A stretch of DNA of 64,000 bases, from IMG/VR virus record IMGVR_UViG_3300026488_000013, positions 103,051 through 167,050 of that record; one strand, given 5' to 3'. The position numbers were made by a program, and so were the translations under genes. Every line of letters begins with the position of its first letter. Positions within the stretch are counted from its first letter, which is position 1. Positions 50,329 to 60,463 of the stretch are shown here, piece by piece. Under the pieces are notes generated by a model, which was given only the letters and a program-made list of their open reading frames with translations, was not told the DNA's origin and did not search any database. The stretch comes from a virus.

Positions 50329-51558
50329 TTAAAAACTCAATAATTTAGCAAATATATCACCTAATTTAATGATTATATTGGCTAATTTGTCAAAAATAAT
50401 TTTTAGTTTATTTACTACAAAATTGGCAATACTTGCTAAACCTAATACTTCTAATGTCCAAATAATGCTAGCAACAACAGCATCTTTAATTAGGTAGATA
50501 ACGTGGGTGACTCCTGTTAATTGAAATCCAGCGGCTAGTGAACCTAACAAATTGTGAACCATGTGAATGAAAAGGTTTCCCGCTATTATTATTTTTAATT
50601 CATCATCATTTTTTCTAACAGTATGACTTACCACAGCAAATTTCGCTCTGGCAAAATTTATCAAATGAAGCAATAGTGCGGGTATGCGGATTAGGATAGC
50701 CACTATAAAGACTATACCTAAGGGAATAGATATCGTATTTCCTAATACAATAACAAAAGCTATATTGATAATATAACTTACCATTTCATAAACAGGTAAT
50801 TGGATAATACCTTCTAATGACATGTTAGCTTTAGTTGATACATATTTAAAGAACTCTTCTAGTAATGGAGCCACGAAAACAGCTCCGAATAAATTTATAA
50901 CACCACCCAATATTGGATTTATTGATAACCCTATTGTAATTCCTATAGAAAATAAAAATGTGTTAATTAACGCTATAAATCCAATTATAAATCCTAATAA
51001 AATGTATTTAATATACCAAATAGCTAGCTTTTTAATTTTTTCAGTTGTTTCTTTAGTTTTTAAAAAACTCTTAAATCTATAAACAGTTTCCATTATTATC
51101 ATTTTAAATCCAGTAATAACAGACATTTTGCCGGTTACTATTCTTTCAACAATAGGGGTGGGGTCAAAAAATATGCTATCCATCCCCAATGCTGCCAGAA
51201 ATTTCCTCGCTTCGTCTTTATCTATCAATAATTGTTTCAATTTTGCTTTTGTTAATTTCCCATATCCTTCTATTTCGGGAATTTTTCCGTCATTGTATCT
51301 AATTAGTTCTTTGTATATTTTATCAACTTTTTTATCTAACACATTACTTAATTCCCTTTCCACTTTTTTAGTAGTTTTTATATCAATGTCTAACGTTGCG
51401 GCCACAGTATTTTCCAAAATAGTAAAAACTTGATTATTATTTAATTGACCAGCTATTTCTTCAAACAAGTTTTCTAATTCTTTAAAAACTAATTCTAGTT
51501 GTATATTTTCTTGAATTAAAAGAGCTTGTCTCATCCGGTTAATAATTTCCCCTATCAA
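50329..51558 (-). CDS. PrsW/CPBP-clan intramembrane protease-like protein with soluble N-terminal domain
   Basis: Multiple TM helices; APLLEEFFK, LLH and HMVHN motifs. Confidence 0.6.
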   Translation of the reverse strand: MIGEIINRMRQALLIQENIQLELVFKELENLFEEIAGQLNNNQVFTILENTVAATLDIDIKTTKKVERELSNVLDKKVDKIYKELIRYNDGKIPEIEGYGKLTKAKLKQLLIDKDEARKFLAALGMDSIFFDPTPIVERIVTGKMSVITGFKMIIMETVYRFKSFLKTKETTEKIKKLAIWYIKYILLGFIIGFIALINTFLFSIGITIGLSINPILGGVINLFGAVFVAPLLEEFFKYVSTKANMSLEGIIQLPVYEMVSYIINIAFVIVLGNTISIPLGIVFIVAILIRIPALLLHLINFARAKFAVVSHTVRKNDDELKIIIAGNLFIHMVHNLLGSLAAGFQLTGVTHVIYLIKDAVVASIIWTLEVLGLASIANFVVNKLKIIFDKLANIIIKLGDIFAKLLSF

Positions 51559-51604
51559 CGAATTTATTTTGTAATAGGTTTACAACATTTAAATATTAGC
51601 TCTT

Positions 51605-52177
51605 TTATATCTTAACAACCCCGTCAAATTCTTTTTTCAAATAAGGAGACAATAAAAATATTCGTGGTGTCACTTTATGAGGTTCTATAAAATTTGATAA
51701 AAGCCTAATACCTGCATTTAAGAATGCGGCGTAAACTAATTCGGAACAGAACCATTTTTCAGGATTTTGATAATCAGAGAATGTTGCAAACCCTAAAATC
51801 CCTTTAAAATCATATTTAGATTTTCCAAGCTGATGCTTTAAGAATTCTTCAATTTTCTTTCTTTGTTCATTAGTTATATCAATTGAAAATATTGTAAATT
51901 CAGTCCCAGGTTCATGATTATATCCAAAGTAGTATTCATAAACCCCGCCGCCCGTAATAAACGGCGGTTTTACCGTAAAGTTATACGGCTCGTGCCATGC
52001 TTCAATAACATAGGGATTATGTTTATCAGGTTTTAAAACATACGCAATATGAGTATAGGGAAAATTTTGTTGAAATTTTTTAATTAAATTGGAAATAAAC
52101 CCTTTACCTTTAGATGCCAAAATATATGCTTTTGTAATTTCGTTAGAGGTTTCGACATTATTTTGAGATGTATGCAT
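51605..52177 (-). CDS. Permuted papain-like NlpC/P60 (YiiX/YebB-type) enzyme
   Basis: YTHIAYV, VIEAW, KYDFKGIL, WFCSELVYAAF; likely start Met41 of the track ORF. Confidence 0.8.
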   Translation of the reverse strand: MHTSQNNVETSNEITKAYILASKGKGFISNLIKKFQQNFPYTHIAYVLKPDKHNPYVIEAWHEPYNFTVKPPFITGGGVYEYYFGYNHEPGTEFTIFSIDITNEQRKKIEEFLKHQLGKSKYDFKGILGFATFSDYQNPEKWFCSELVYAAFLNAGIRLLSNFIEPHKVTPRIFLLSPYLKKEFDGVVKI

Positions 52178-52277
52178 TAATTTTTGGAAAGAATAATTAT
52201 AGAAGAAAAATATTAGACAGGATTTTATGGATTGATAATGCAAAAACAAAATATTATCAGAACAAGAAAAAATAAAA

Positions 52278-54767
52278 TTAATTAGCACATGATTCACATT
52301 TACTTTCGCCGCTGATTATCTTATCAGGAAGGATATGCCTTATATAATAAATCGTTTTTATCCCTTTCTTAACACTATTTTTTATTATTTCAATGTATAG
52401 TCTTGTTAACTTTTCAGGAGTATTGAAATAGTTATGATTTATGGTTATTTCAAATGAAATTCCGCTATCAATATATTGTTGAATATGGGCAACCACTTCT
52501 ATCAGGTCAAGGTAATCTTGGATTTCCATAAAATGTCTGGAATATACATCGTATAGAAATTTCCCGTTCTCATAATAATATACGAAGTTAACAAATAATC
52601 CGGTTTTTTGGTCTTCTATTTGAGTTAATGAATACGTTGGTAAAATTCCTGCTGTGGAGTGGGCGACCAAAGATGTAGATGTGTTGGGAGGACAAGTTAA
52701 TAGCAATGTATTTCTTAAACCATATTTGTAAATATTGTTTTTAAGTTTGTTATAATTTTCTTCTCCTATTAAATAAACAATCTTATTTTTATCTTTATCA
52801 ATGCGAAATCTTCCGAATAATAATCCATTTTCCTTAATTTTGGTTGAATGATACATGGGTGGAGCCCCACGTTCCTTTGCCAGCTCAGAGCTTACTAAAT
52901 GTGCCAAAAATCCTATTGTTCCAAATACTTTATCAATTATATATTTGGTATCTATAGAATTACCTTTCCCTCTCCTATTAATCAAATATCCTACGTATTT
53001 ATTATTGTCTAAAGAATATTTTACAAACACATCTCCTAATCCTATAAAACCTAACGTTACAGTTCTGAATAATTTATTATGCTCTCTACTTTCTTTAATA
53101 GGAATATTTTGTATTTCCAATAGGTTGTCCATGTATTCATAAATATGTTTCAAAAATTCTTTAAGCTTATCTATCGTATTTAAATTGTCATTGTCTCCTA
53201 ATGGTAAATACCCTTCTTCATATAATCGGCGTAGATTTATATTTGTTATATTGCATGTATGTATATATCCTAACTCTTCATCTTTAATGCAATAGGGGTC
53301 TTTCGGATTTGTATTTTTAAATGGAGAGAAAGATTCGGTGCATAAGTTTGTCGAGTATATTACTAATTCCTCATTGTATGGTGAATATTTATTTACATTA
53401 TCTTTAAAAGATATATAAGGTAGTCCTTTCCTGTTCCAGTAATAAAATATTTTTTTAAGTATGTCTTTAGGATTGATTTTTATATAATTTTTAACCTTTC
53501 CACTTTCAATGAGTTTTACAATTTCGTTATATCTCCTTTCTTCTTCCTCTCCATATACATCATTTAAATCTAAATCTTTGTATCCAAGGATGTTTGTGAT
53601 TTCATGCAAATCTATCAAATAAAAAGATTTCTTTTGGCTTAAGTATTTAAAGAAATATGTAGGTATTACTACTTGCGGGAATACTTCTGGAGATTTTCGT
53701 GCGGGATTTCCTATATCTAAATCTATTGATTCTAACAGATGAAAAATATCTTTATGCCATATTGGTAGAGATACTGTTACAGCCCCTTTTCTTTTTCCCA
53801 TTTGATTCCAGTTATAAGTTGTTACTTCAAATAATTTTATCCAATCTGATATAGGGTTGGATAAGTTCGGATTTCCTTTTATCCAACTACCGGATGGTCT
53901 TATTTTTCCCAAATATAGACCCACACCTCCAGCATTTCTAGAAATTTGAGCTATTTGAGTTTGAGTATGACAAATAGACTCGGTATTGTCGTTAACGTCT
54001 AATATGAAACAACTCGATATGTTAGGATTTTTCCTTCTCAAATTGAGCAACTGCGGTGTTGCAGGTATTATTAGAAAGTTGATTAAATAATTAAAATGCT
54101 TTTTAACTTTTTCTTTATATTTATTCCATGAACACCCATAATGAATTACACTAGGCAAAAATCCTATTAATGACTGTAAGAAAAACATCTCCTCAATACT
54201 CTCAAGAGGTTTATTGTCATACGTGATTATATATGAATTAATCAATTTCTGAACTTGAACATGGGTTGCGTTCTCGAACAAAATATCTTTATTCTCATTT
54301 AATATTAATTCTTCATATAAATCTTTTGCAATCGTGTAAGGTATTTTCTTAAATCGTTCATCATATAATCCAAGTTCATCAATTAGGTAGCCTATTAAAT
54401 AATCCTTCCAAAATGTTTTAAATTTTTTAAATCTACCTTTTATATCAAATAATGTTCCGCCATATTTATTGCATCTATTAGTTCTTAATTTCTTCCTAAA
54501 ATCAATAAGCATTAACCGTGCCGCAAATTTAGAGTAATCTAATTTATTCTCTTCATTTGCCACTAACGATATAGCCGCATTTATCAAATTTTGTTGAATT
54601 TCCTCAGTAGTCATTTTAGGCTTTAAGTAAATACTAAGTTTTTCTTTATATTTATTTAAGTCGATATTTAAACCCTGTATGCATATTTCGATAACTTTGT
54701 TAATTTTATCTGGATTAAAAGGCTCTACTTTTCCATCCCTTTTAACAACTTCAAAAATATTTAACAT
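52278..54767 (-). CDS. nrdA: Ribonucleotide reductase class Ia alpha subunit
   Basis: ATP cone VVKRDG, PATP, SSCF, GGVG, RKGA, TNLCTE, TCN, PPNTSTS, YY, C-terminal CESC. Confidence 0.95.
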   Translation of the reverse strand: MLNIFEVVKRDGKVEPFNPDKINKVIEICIQGLNIDLNKYKEKLSIYLKPKMTTEEIQQNLINAAISLVANEENKLDYSKFAARLMLIDFRKKLRTNRCNKYGGTLFDIKGRFKKFKTFWKDYLIGYLIDELGLYDERFKKIPYTIAKDLYEELILNENKDILFENATHVQVQKLINSYIITYDNKPLESIEEMFFLQSLIGFLPSVIHYGCSWNKYKEKVKKHFNYLINFLIIPATPQLLNLRRKNPNISSCFILDVNDNTESICHTQTQIAQISRNAGGVGLYLGKIRPSGSWIKGNPNLSNPISDWIKLFEVTTYNWNQMGKRKGAVTVSLPIWHKDIFHLLESIDLDIGNPARKSPEVFPQVVIPTYFFKYLSQKKSFYLIDLHEITNILGYKDLDLNDVYGEEEERRYNEIVKLIESGKVKNYIKINPKDILKKIFYYWNRKGLPYISFKDNVNKYSPYNEELVIYSTNLCTESFSPFKNTNPKDPYCIKDEELGYIHTCNITNINLRRLYEEGYLPLGDNDNLNTIDKLKEFLKHIYEYMDNLLEIQNIPIKESREHNKLFRTVTLGFIGLGDVFVKYSLDNNKYVGYLINRRGKGNSIDTKYIIDKVFGTIGFLAHLVSSELAKERGAPPMYHSTKIKENGLLFGRFRIDKDKNKIVYLIGEENYNKLKNNIYKYGLRNTLLLTCPPNTSTSLVAHSTAGILPTYSLTQIEDQKTGLFVNFVYYYENGKFLYDVYSRHFMEIQDYLDLIEVVAHIQQYIDSGISFEITINHNYFNTPEKLTRLYIEIIKNSVKKGIKTIYYIRHILPDKIISGESKCESCAN

Positions 54768-54785
54768 TTTAAGAGAACCTCCTTT

Positions 54786-54797
54786 AAACGGTTTTTA
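54786..54797 (-). promoter_or_regulatory. TAAAAACCGTTT box upstream of nrdA SD
   Basis: TAAAAACCGTTTAAAGGAGG. Confidence 0.5.
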
Positions 54798-54922
54798 GCT
54801 TCAGAATTTAATATTTCCTTAATTAAAAAAAGGATTTTTATAAAGGCCTTAAATCTACGGAAAACATTTAAATAATCTTTAATTTAAAAAAAGAAAAAAT
54901 GGGAAATAACTTTTTATTTCTA

Positions 54923-55195
54923 TTATTTATCTTCTTTATCATCAGGACAATTTGGGCCTACTGCATTTCCGCAGACCCAACAAACGGGGTCTTTGCAATT
55001 GTTATTTGTTCCGCATATCCAGCACGTCCATCCGGTATTATCTTTATTATGATTCTTTTCATCAATGTTATTAGATTTCTCTATATCATTATATTCGTTA
55101 TTGTTATTATTTTTATTTACGTTTTCAATATTATTTTTATCACTAGTATCATTGGTGTTTCTTCTAAGTAGAGATTTAATAAATTCCAACATCAT
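54923..55195 (-). CDS. Small RanBP2-type zinc-finger protein
   Basis: WTCWICGTNN....CWVCG. Confidence 0.6.
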   Translation of the reverse strand: MMLEFIKSLLRRNTNDTSDKNNIENVNKNNNNNEYNDIEKSNNIDEKNHNKDNTGWTCWICGTNNNCKDPVCWVCGNAVGPNCPDDKEDK

Positions 55196-55273
55196 GCTAC
55201 GGCAATATCTATATTAAACAATAATAAAAACAAATTAGAAAAGATAAAAAGATAATTTTATTAAGAAATAATC

Positions 55274-55858
55274 TTATTCGGTTTTCCCTAATTCTTTCAG
55301 GAATTTATCAAATTCATCTAATTTATAATTTGCGTTTTCTATTTTTTCTTTTTTTCTTTCATACTTTGTTTTAAATTTTTTACTGTTTTTAATATTATTA
55401 TTTTTGTAATTGGATTTTAGGTCTACTATCTTTACCCTAAACGGCTCGAGATAATATTTATTTATATTTTTTAATTCTGGTGAGTTTTTGGAAGAGAACG
55501 CCCTTATCAACATTTGTTCAAAGCCATAAATTGCCGCAAATTCTGCTATAGGGATTTTTATATTCGAGATTATTACATCTTTATTTAATTTTTTATTGGA
55601 TAATTTTTCCTTCGCTTCATCTAACAATTTATTTAAATATTCCATTTTTTTTATGCTAATATATAAATCTTCCAAATTATAACCTAAACCTTTTTCTAAC
55701 TCTTGTACATTTTTATTATATTCTTTTATATCGACAATTGAATAAAACCTAAGTGCAGACTCTAATATTTCCACTAATCCTTCGCTAACATTATAAATAT
55801 ATCCAGTATGTCCTTCTCTTTTATTTTTGCCAGTTCTGAAGCTGCATTTTTTCTCCAT
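55274..55858 (-). CDS. Hypothetical protein
   Basis: 194-aa ORF. Confidence 0.6.
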   Translation of the reverse strand: MEKKCSFRTGKNKREGHTGYIYNVSEGLVEILESALRFYSIVDIKEYNKNVQELEKGLGYNLEDLYISIKKMEYLNKLLDEAKEKLSNKKLNKDVIISNIKIPIAEFAAIYGFEQMLIRAFSSKNSPELKNINKYYLEPFRVKIVDLKSNYKNNNIKNSKKFKTKYERKKEKIENANYKLDEFDKFLKELGKTE

Positions 55859-55918
55859 AACGCTTCAATATCCGTAATATGATAGCAAAATAAAATAGAA
55901 AACGAGCGGGAGAATTTG

Positions 55919-56734
55919 TTATTCTGATTGTTTTAATTCATTAATTATTTCATCTTTGTTTTCCTCCAAATATTGTGATAACTTATTAATTGCTGTGTAA
56001 AAATCATCTTCGATATTTCTAACTCTTTTTCCATATACTCCTTGAAATGCTTTTCTAAATATTTCAGATTTTATTAATGCGTTTTTGGTTCCTAACTCGT
56101 AATATATTTCGTTTATCTTTTCATATAAATTATAAAGTTGTTTTGCCATATCTTTTCTTATATCGTATGCTGCAGATAGTTCTATTTCCAGCGGCGTATT
56201 ATCAACTTTTCTGAGGAAATTTTCAAACATGCTTCCGCTGAATTTTTCATTTATCTCGTTAATTACTATACCAACTGTCACATAATACGGCTGGTCTATA
56301 TAATAGAGCATTTCATTTTCTTTAATATCCGGATGCGATTCTAATATTTCTTTATATAGCCTGTATGCCTGTTTTGCTTTGTCTCGCAGATTGGACGGTT
56401 TTTCTATATTAAATGTTAATATAAATTGTGCCAGCTCTGCCGGGATAATTATAACAGGAATATTTTTATATCCGGCCATTTTAGCTGCCATTAATCTATG
56501 TTGACCATCTATTACATAATATTTATCATCGGATGCTTTGAATATTACTGGTGGAACAACAAATCCCACTTTTTCTATAGATTGAAATACTTTTTCAACC
56601 AGACTATTGGAAATGTCTCTTTGTATCGGCGGAATATTTATTTCGTCAACTGGTATAAATGTGAATGTAAATACTACATCCTTATGTTTATCTTTCCATT
56701 TTAACTTTGGGTAGTTTCTTTTCTTGTCTTGCAT
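55919..56734 (-). CDS. ParB/Srx N-terminal domain protein
   Basis: QRDIS, SIEKVGFVVPP, VIDGQHRLMAA. Confidence 0.85.
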   Translation of the reverse strand: MQDKKRNYPKLKWKDKHKDVVFTFTFIPVDEINIPPIQRDISNSLVEKVFQSIEKVGFVVPPVIFKASDDKYYVIDGQHRLMAAKMAGYKNIPVIIIPAELAQFILTFNIEKPSNLRDKAKQAYRLYKEILESHPDIKENEMLYYIDQPYYVTVGIVINEINEKFSGSMFENFLRKVDNTPLEIELSAAYDIRKDMAKQLYNLYEKINEIYYELGTKNALIKSEIFRKAFQGVYGKRVRNIEDDFYTAINKLSQYLEENKDEIINELKQSE

Positions 56735-56843
56735 ATTTATTAATTATCTATAACTCAGAATAAATTTTTGAAAATAAAATAAAAATAAACAAGATTAAAA
56801 ATGACCTTTTATTATCTTTTTAAAGTCTTTATTATCTCAGTTT

Positions 56844-57581
56844 TTAGGTAGGGATTTTTGGACGGAAAATTGCTTTTACTGTTTTCCATAATTCTTTTGT
56901 TATATTTATTTCTCTGTTTTCGGGATAGATGGTCAAATGAGCGAAGAAAACTTCTGATATTTCTTCCTCAACTTCTTCTGTATTCAATAAATGGCCTATC
57001 GATTCTAAAGGTATTGTTTCAGTATATGACGGCCAGTATGGATTCTCCTCAGTATAATAATGTATTTTTACTACAGGATTACCTTCTGAATCTGTGTAAA
57101 AATCCCAACTGTACTCCATATTACCCGCCCGTTCAGCTATCCAACGATATAGGTCGGGATAGTAAACCTGGGTTCCGAAGCTTTTTGCAGTAATGTCTAT
57201 ATAAATACTTAATTTCTTTCCCACCCCGTATGGTGTTGTTTCACATTTAATAATAGAATTTGATATTCTTTTACCATTTAACAAATCGTTAATTTGATAA
57301 TTACTAAATCCTGCTTCTCTTAGAAATTTCGGCAGGAGATTTCGCAATTTTAATAGCTTTTTTTTGAGTTCGTTGTATCCTAATTTTATTTCAAATTGAC
57401 TATCTCGTTTCGAACATCCAAAAACATCTGATAATAGTCTTAATCCAAAACGGTAATCACTTGTCAGCGGGAATTCCTCGTCACAATTTAAAACTTTTAT
57501 TTTAAATTTATTTATTCTTTTTGACTTGGCTTCATCCAGATATTGTTTAATTGTTTGGTCAAATAACGTTGTGTTTTGCAT
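56844..57581 (-). CDS. Hypothetical protein
   Basis: 245-aa ORF. Confidence 0.6.
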   Translation of the reverse strand: MQNTTLFDQTIKQYLDEAKSKRINKFKIKVLNCDEEFPLTSDYRFGLRLLSDVFGCSKRDSQFEIKLGYNELKKKLLKLRNLLPKFLREAGFSNYQINDLLNGKRISNSIIKCETTPYGVGKKLSIYIDITAKSFGTQVYYPDLYRWIAERAGNMEYSWDFYTDSEGNPVVKIHYYTEENPYWPSYTETIPLESIGHLLNTEEVEEEISEVFFAHLTIYPENREINITKELWKTVKAIFRPKIPT

Positions 57582-57679
57582 ACCCGATAATTATCCATAG
57601 TTGAAAATAGATTTTGAAAATCTAACAAAAATAAATGAAGGGAGTATTCAAAAACTCTATAAAGAATTTCATAGAAAAT

Positions 57680-57982
57680 AGTCGCCGGAACCCCCCCATC
57701 ACAGATAGGGGGAACGACCAAAGAAGAAAAATACTCGCAAACTCCAAAATTTTTACTATAATTTGAATACCAAGGCGGACAGGTTCCTTAGAAACACAAG
57801 GAGATAGGCAATTCCCCTATCCCCAACCCGCAAGGTTATTAAAAACTTGCAGGTTAGACTAAAAACAAATACAAGCCCCTTGTGAGGGGACGGGTAAACA
57901 ACCCACCTTGGTGGGGCTACTTTCTTTTAGAGTAGCCACTACCTAAAGTCAAGTCCCGTATTTCTAATGCAGGGCGGTTGAC
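57680..57982 (-). ncRNA. Candidate structured non-coding RNA (~300 nt) starting with an IS200/IS605-type end hairpin
   Basis: GC-rich island with at least 6 helices; four have G-U pairs that form only on the minus-strand transcript. Confidence 0.55.
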
Positions 57983-58387
57983 TTATTTTTTAATTTGTTT
58001 GACTTTATTAATAATTTCAGATACAATATGATGAGGTTTTCGTCGCCAATTGTTGGATATAACAATATCTGCTAACTCCGAATATTTTTGTTTTCTCATG
58101 TTATATAATTCTTTCAATTCATTTATTGATAACCTCTTAATTAATGGCCTATTCTTTAGAGTTGATAGTTTATTTTTGACAACATTGAACGGTATATTAA
58201 TCCAAACTACTATTGTATCATCCTTATATTTATCTTTAATCAATTTTATCGCATCTTCGTTGGCTCCTAGGCCGCCGCCAGTAGATATAACACAATTATG
58301 ATTGCAAGAGTTTAATATTTCTTTAAATTTATCCAATTCGAAGTTCCTAAACTTACCCTCCATAAAAACAGTTTTTAATACAATCAC
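57983..58387 (-). pseudogene. Shikimate-kinase-like fragment lacking the N-terminal P-loop
   Basis: FRNFE, VISTGGG, VVWIN, NRPL, LYNMRKQKYSELAD present; GxxGxGKS absent. Confidence 0.65.
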
Positions 58388-58569
58388 TCCAATTCAAATG
58401 TTTCTTGATTATTGTTGTGTTCTTTTTCTGGTTCTTTATCATTTTCGTCTTCAATATTATAAACTCTTTCATATCCTTTATTATTTGTTTCGTCTATTCT
58501 TTGATTTTCTCTCTCTTTTTCGTTTTTAAATCCAAATTCTACCCACATCATAACAGATATATTATCCAT
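58384..58569 (-). CDS. Small acidic hypothetical protein
   Basis: 61-aa ORF overlapping the next start by 4 nt. Confidence 0.4.
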   Translation of the reverse strand: MDNISVMMWVEFGFKNEKERENQRIDETNNKGYERVYNIEDENDKEPEKEHNNNQETFELE

Positions 58570-58629
58570 ATTGAAGGTGCAACAGTTAACATTTTCGTTT
58601 TCAGTATTTTATATGGAAAATGAACTGGC

Positions 58630-59721
58630 ATGCTAATTACTTTCAAAGAATTTAAGGACAAAAACATATTTGTTAATATTGCTAAAAAAATTTTAACTAT
58701 CGTTCAAAGCAACCAAAAGAGGATTGTTGACGATAAAATTAAAAAGTTTGAAAAAGACTGCAAAACATATATTGAGAAAGGAAAAATATTTAAAATTGCA
58801 GTGTATGAAAGAAAATATAATAATGTTAGACATATCGAAATTCAAATTGTTATAAAAGCTGGTAATAATCGCAATCTTTGTAAAATGAGAACACAAATTA
58901 AAATGAATAATAAAATTTTGAATGAAATTCTTGAAATATTAAATTTTGAGGATAACAATACAACCAGTAAAGTAGAAAAAAAGAATAATCAAAAACTTGG
59001 CGAAACTCCCATATATTATCTAACGACATCAACAAATAAAAAGTATGGTTTCCAAATAAAATTTCAATATGACAATTTCGAGAACCATAGGCCAATAATT
59101 GAGGCATATGCTGATAATATAGATAGGAACTTGGTAATAAAAAGGTTCGCATACAGCTTAGTTAATAGTTTTGCAAGAATGTTAAACATGAGTGATTCTG
59201 ATACGCTGAAACTTATACTATTCTCTCTAGAAGTTCATATAAACCCCGGTGAGCAGATAAAATACCTGTTTTTAAAATATCCTTATAAGTTCAGTGATAA
59301 TCAAAAATATACCTACCAAGAATTCATGATTTATATATACATACCGTCTATAATACTAAGTATTGCTGAAAGAATAGACAAAAATTATATAACTGGGAAA
59401 ATGGACAGGACACTAAACAAATTAGAGGCATTGTTTATAAAAAAATGGAATGGAAAAGAAAAGAAAGACAAGGTTGGTAAACTTATATTAGAACGAGATA
59501 AAATGAATTTGATAAATATACTAACCTGGATAAGGGTGCGACTGTTGAACGATATAATAGACTACCTAAATAAAAGCGAAAATGGAAAGGATTACGAAAT
59601 AGATAAAACTATAAAATCAAATATAGAAAAAATAATGATGTTAGAAGATACAATAAACAGAATATTAAAATACCTACACACATATATGTTCAAATACACC
59701 AAATATATTTTAAATGGATAA
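58630..59721 (+). CDS. Hypothetical protein
   Basis: 363-aa ORF. Confidence 0.7.
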   Translation: MLITFKEFKDKNIFVNIAKKILTIVQSNQKRIVDDKIKKFEKDCKTYIEKGKIFKIAVYERKYNNVRHIEIQIVIKAGNNRNLCKMRTQIKMNNKILNEILEILNFEDNNTTSKVEKKNNQKLGETPIYYLTTSTNKKYGFQIKFQYDNFENHRPIIEAYADNIDRNLVIKRFAYSLVNSFARMLNMSDSDTLKLILFSLEVHINPGEQIKYLFLKYPYKFSDNQKYTYQEFMIYIYIPSIILSIAERIDKNYITGKMDRTLNKLEALFIKKWNGKEKKDKVGKLILERDKMNLINILTWIRVRLLNDIIDYLNKSENGKDYEIDKTIKSNIEKIMMLEDTINRILKYLHTYMFKYTKYILNG

Positions 59722-59765
59722 TAACAGGCATGAACCGCCGGCTTTATCCTATCCTAATTTCTTTT

Positions 59766-60455
59766 CTATTTATATTTTTCGCTCAGCTTATCTAACCAAT
59801 CATATAATCCAATTTCTTTCAATTTGATGTTGTTAGGGTATTTTTCGTTCAATTTTTTTCCTAATTCAATGAAACCATTATTTATATACTCTACACATTT
59901 TTTAATTTTATTTGGCTGACATTCGTGCCAAACAGGGTCATATTTTTTCAAAATATATACATACTTATCCAAATCGCTTTCATTAGAATATTTTATCACA
60001 AAAATAGAAAAATCTAATTCAGCATAATCCAATATAGTTTCTATTAGAATTTTTGTTAAATCAAACGCACTATTTTTTACAGAATGTGCCATACGATTAA
60101 TAAATTCATCTTTACTTCCACATATTAAGTGTCTCAATGAATATAAAATACTCAGCGGACTCCTATCTACCAATAGCAATTCATAATTATAGCTAAACTC
60201 TAACTCTTCAAAAATAAACAACATTTGTTTAATGAATTTAGTATGCAATGATTTCACATATGCCAAATCCCTATTAAATATCTCCATCACAGGTATTTTA
60301 TCACTTTTATTTGATAAAATAACTTCCAGATTATACTTAGGTTTAATATAAAGACAATCGTAATCGAATTTAGAGCATATCTTATTTAAATATGTAGTTT
60401 TGCCAAGAAAATCTAACCCATCCACAATATAAACCTTTTTAACTACCATTCCCAT
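59766..60455 (-). CDS. Thymidylate/dNMP kinase-like P-loop kinase
   Basis: IVDGLDFLGKTT, LVDRSPLS. Confidence 0.75.
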   Translation of the reverse strand: MGMVVKKVYIVDGLDFLGKTTYLNKICSKFDYDCLYIKPKYNLEVILSNKSDKIPVMEIFNRDLAYVKSLHTKFIKQMLFIFEELEFSYNYELLLVDRSPLSILYSLRHLICGSKDEFINRMAHSVKNSAFDLTKILIETILDYAELDFSIFVIKYSNESDLDKYVYILKKYDPVWHECQPNKIKKCVEYINNGFIELGKKLNEKYPNNIKLKEIGLYDWLDKLSEKYK

Positions 60456-60463
60456 TAACCTCC

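Noticed and set aside
52278-54767. Inteins or introns in nrdA, helicases or RNAP beta (common insertion targets)
   Set aside because: Conserved motifs are contiguous and no Hint blocks or HN/[CST] junctions were found.
57680-57982. tRNA, tmRNA or group I intron identity for the structured island
   Set aside because: No cloverleaf with T-loop/CCA, no tag reading frame recognised, no interrupted host gene and no clear P7 core.
13141-59768. Genome-wide TAG recoding (alternative genetic code)
   Set aside because: Genes are long and intact in the standard code, and TAG terminates complete genes (SNF2 helicase, polB IntN, dNMP kinase).
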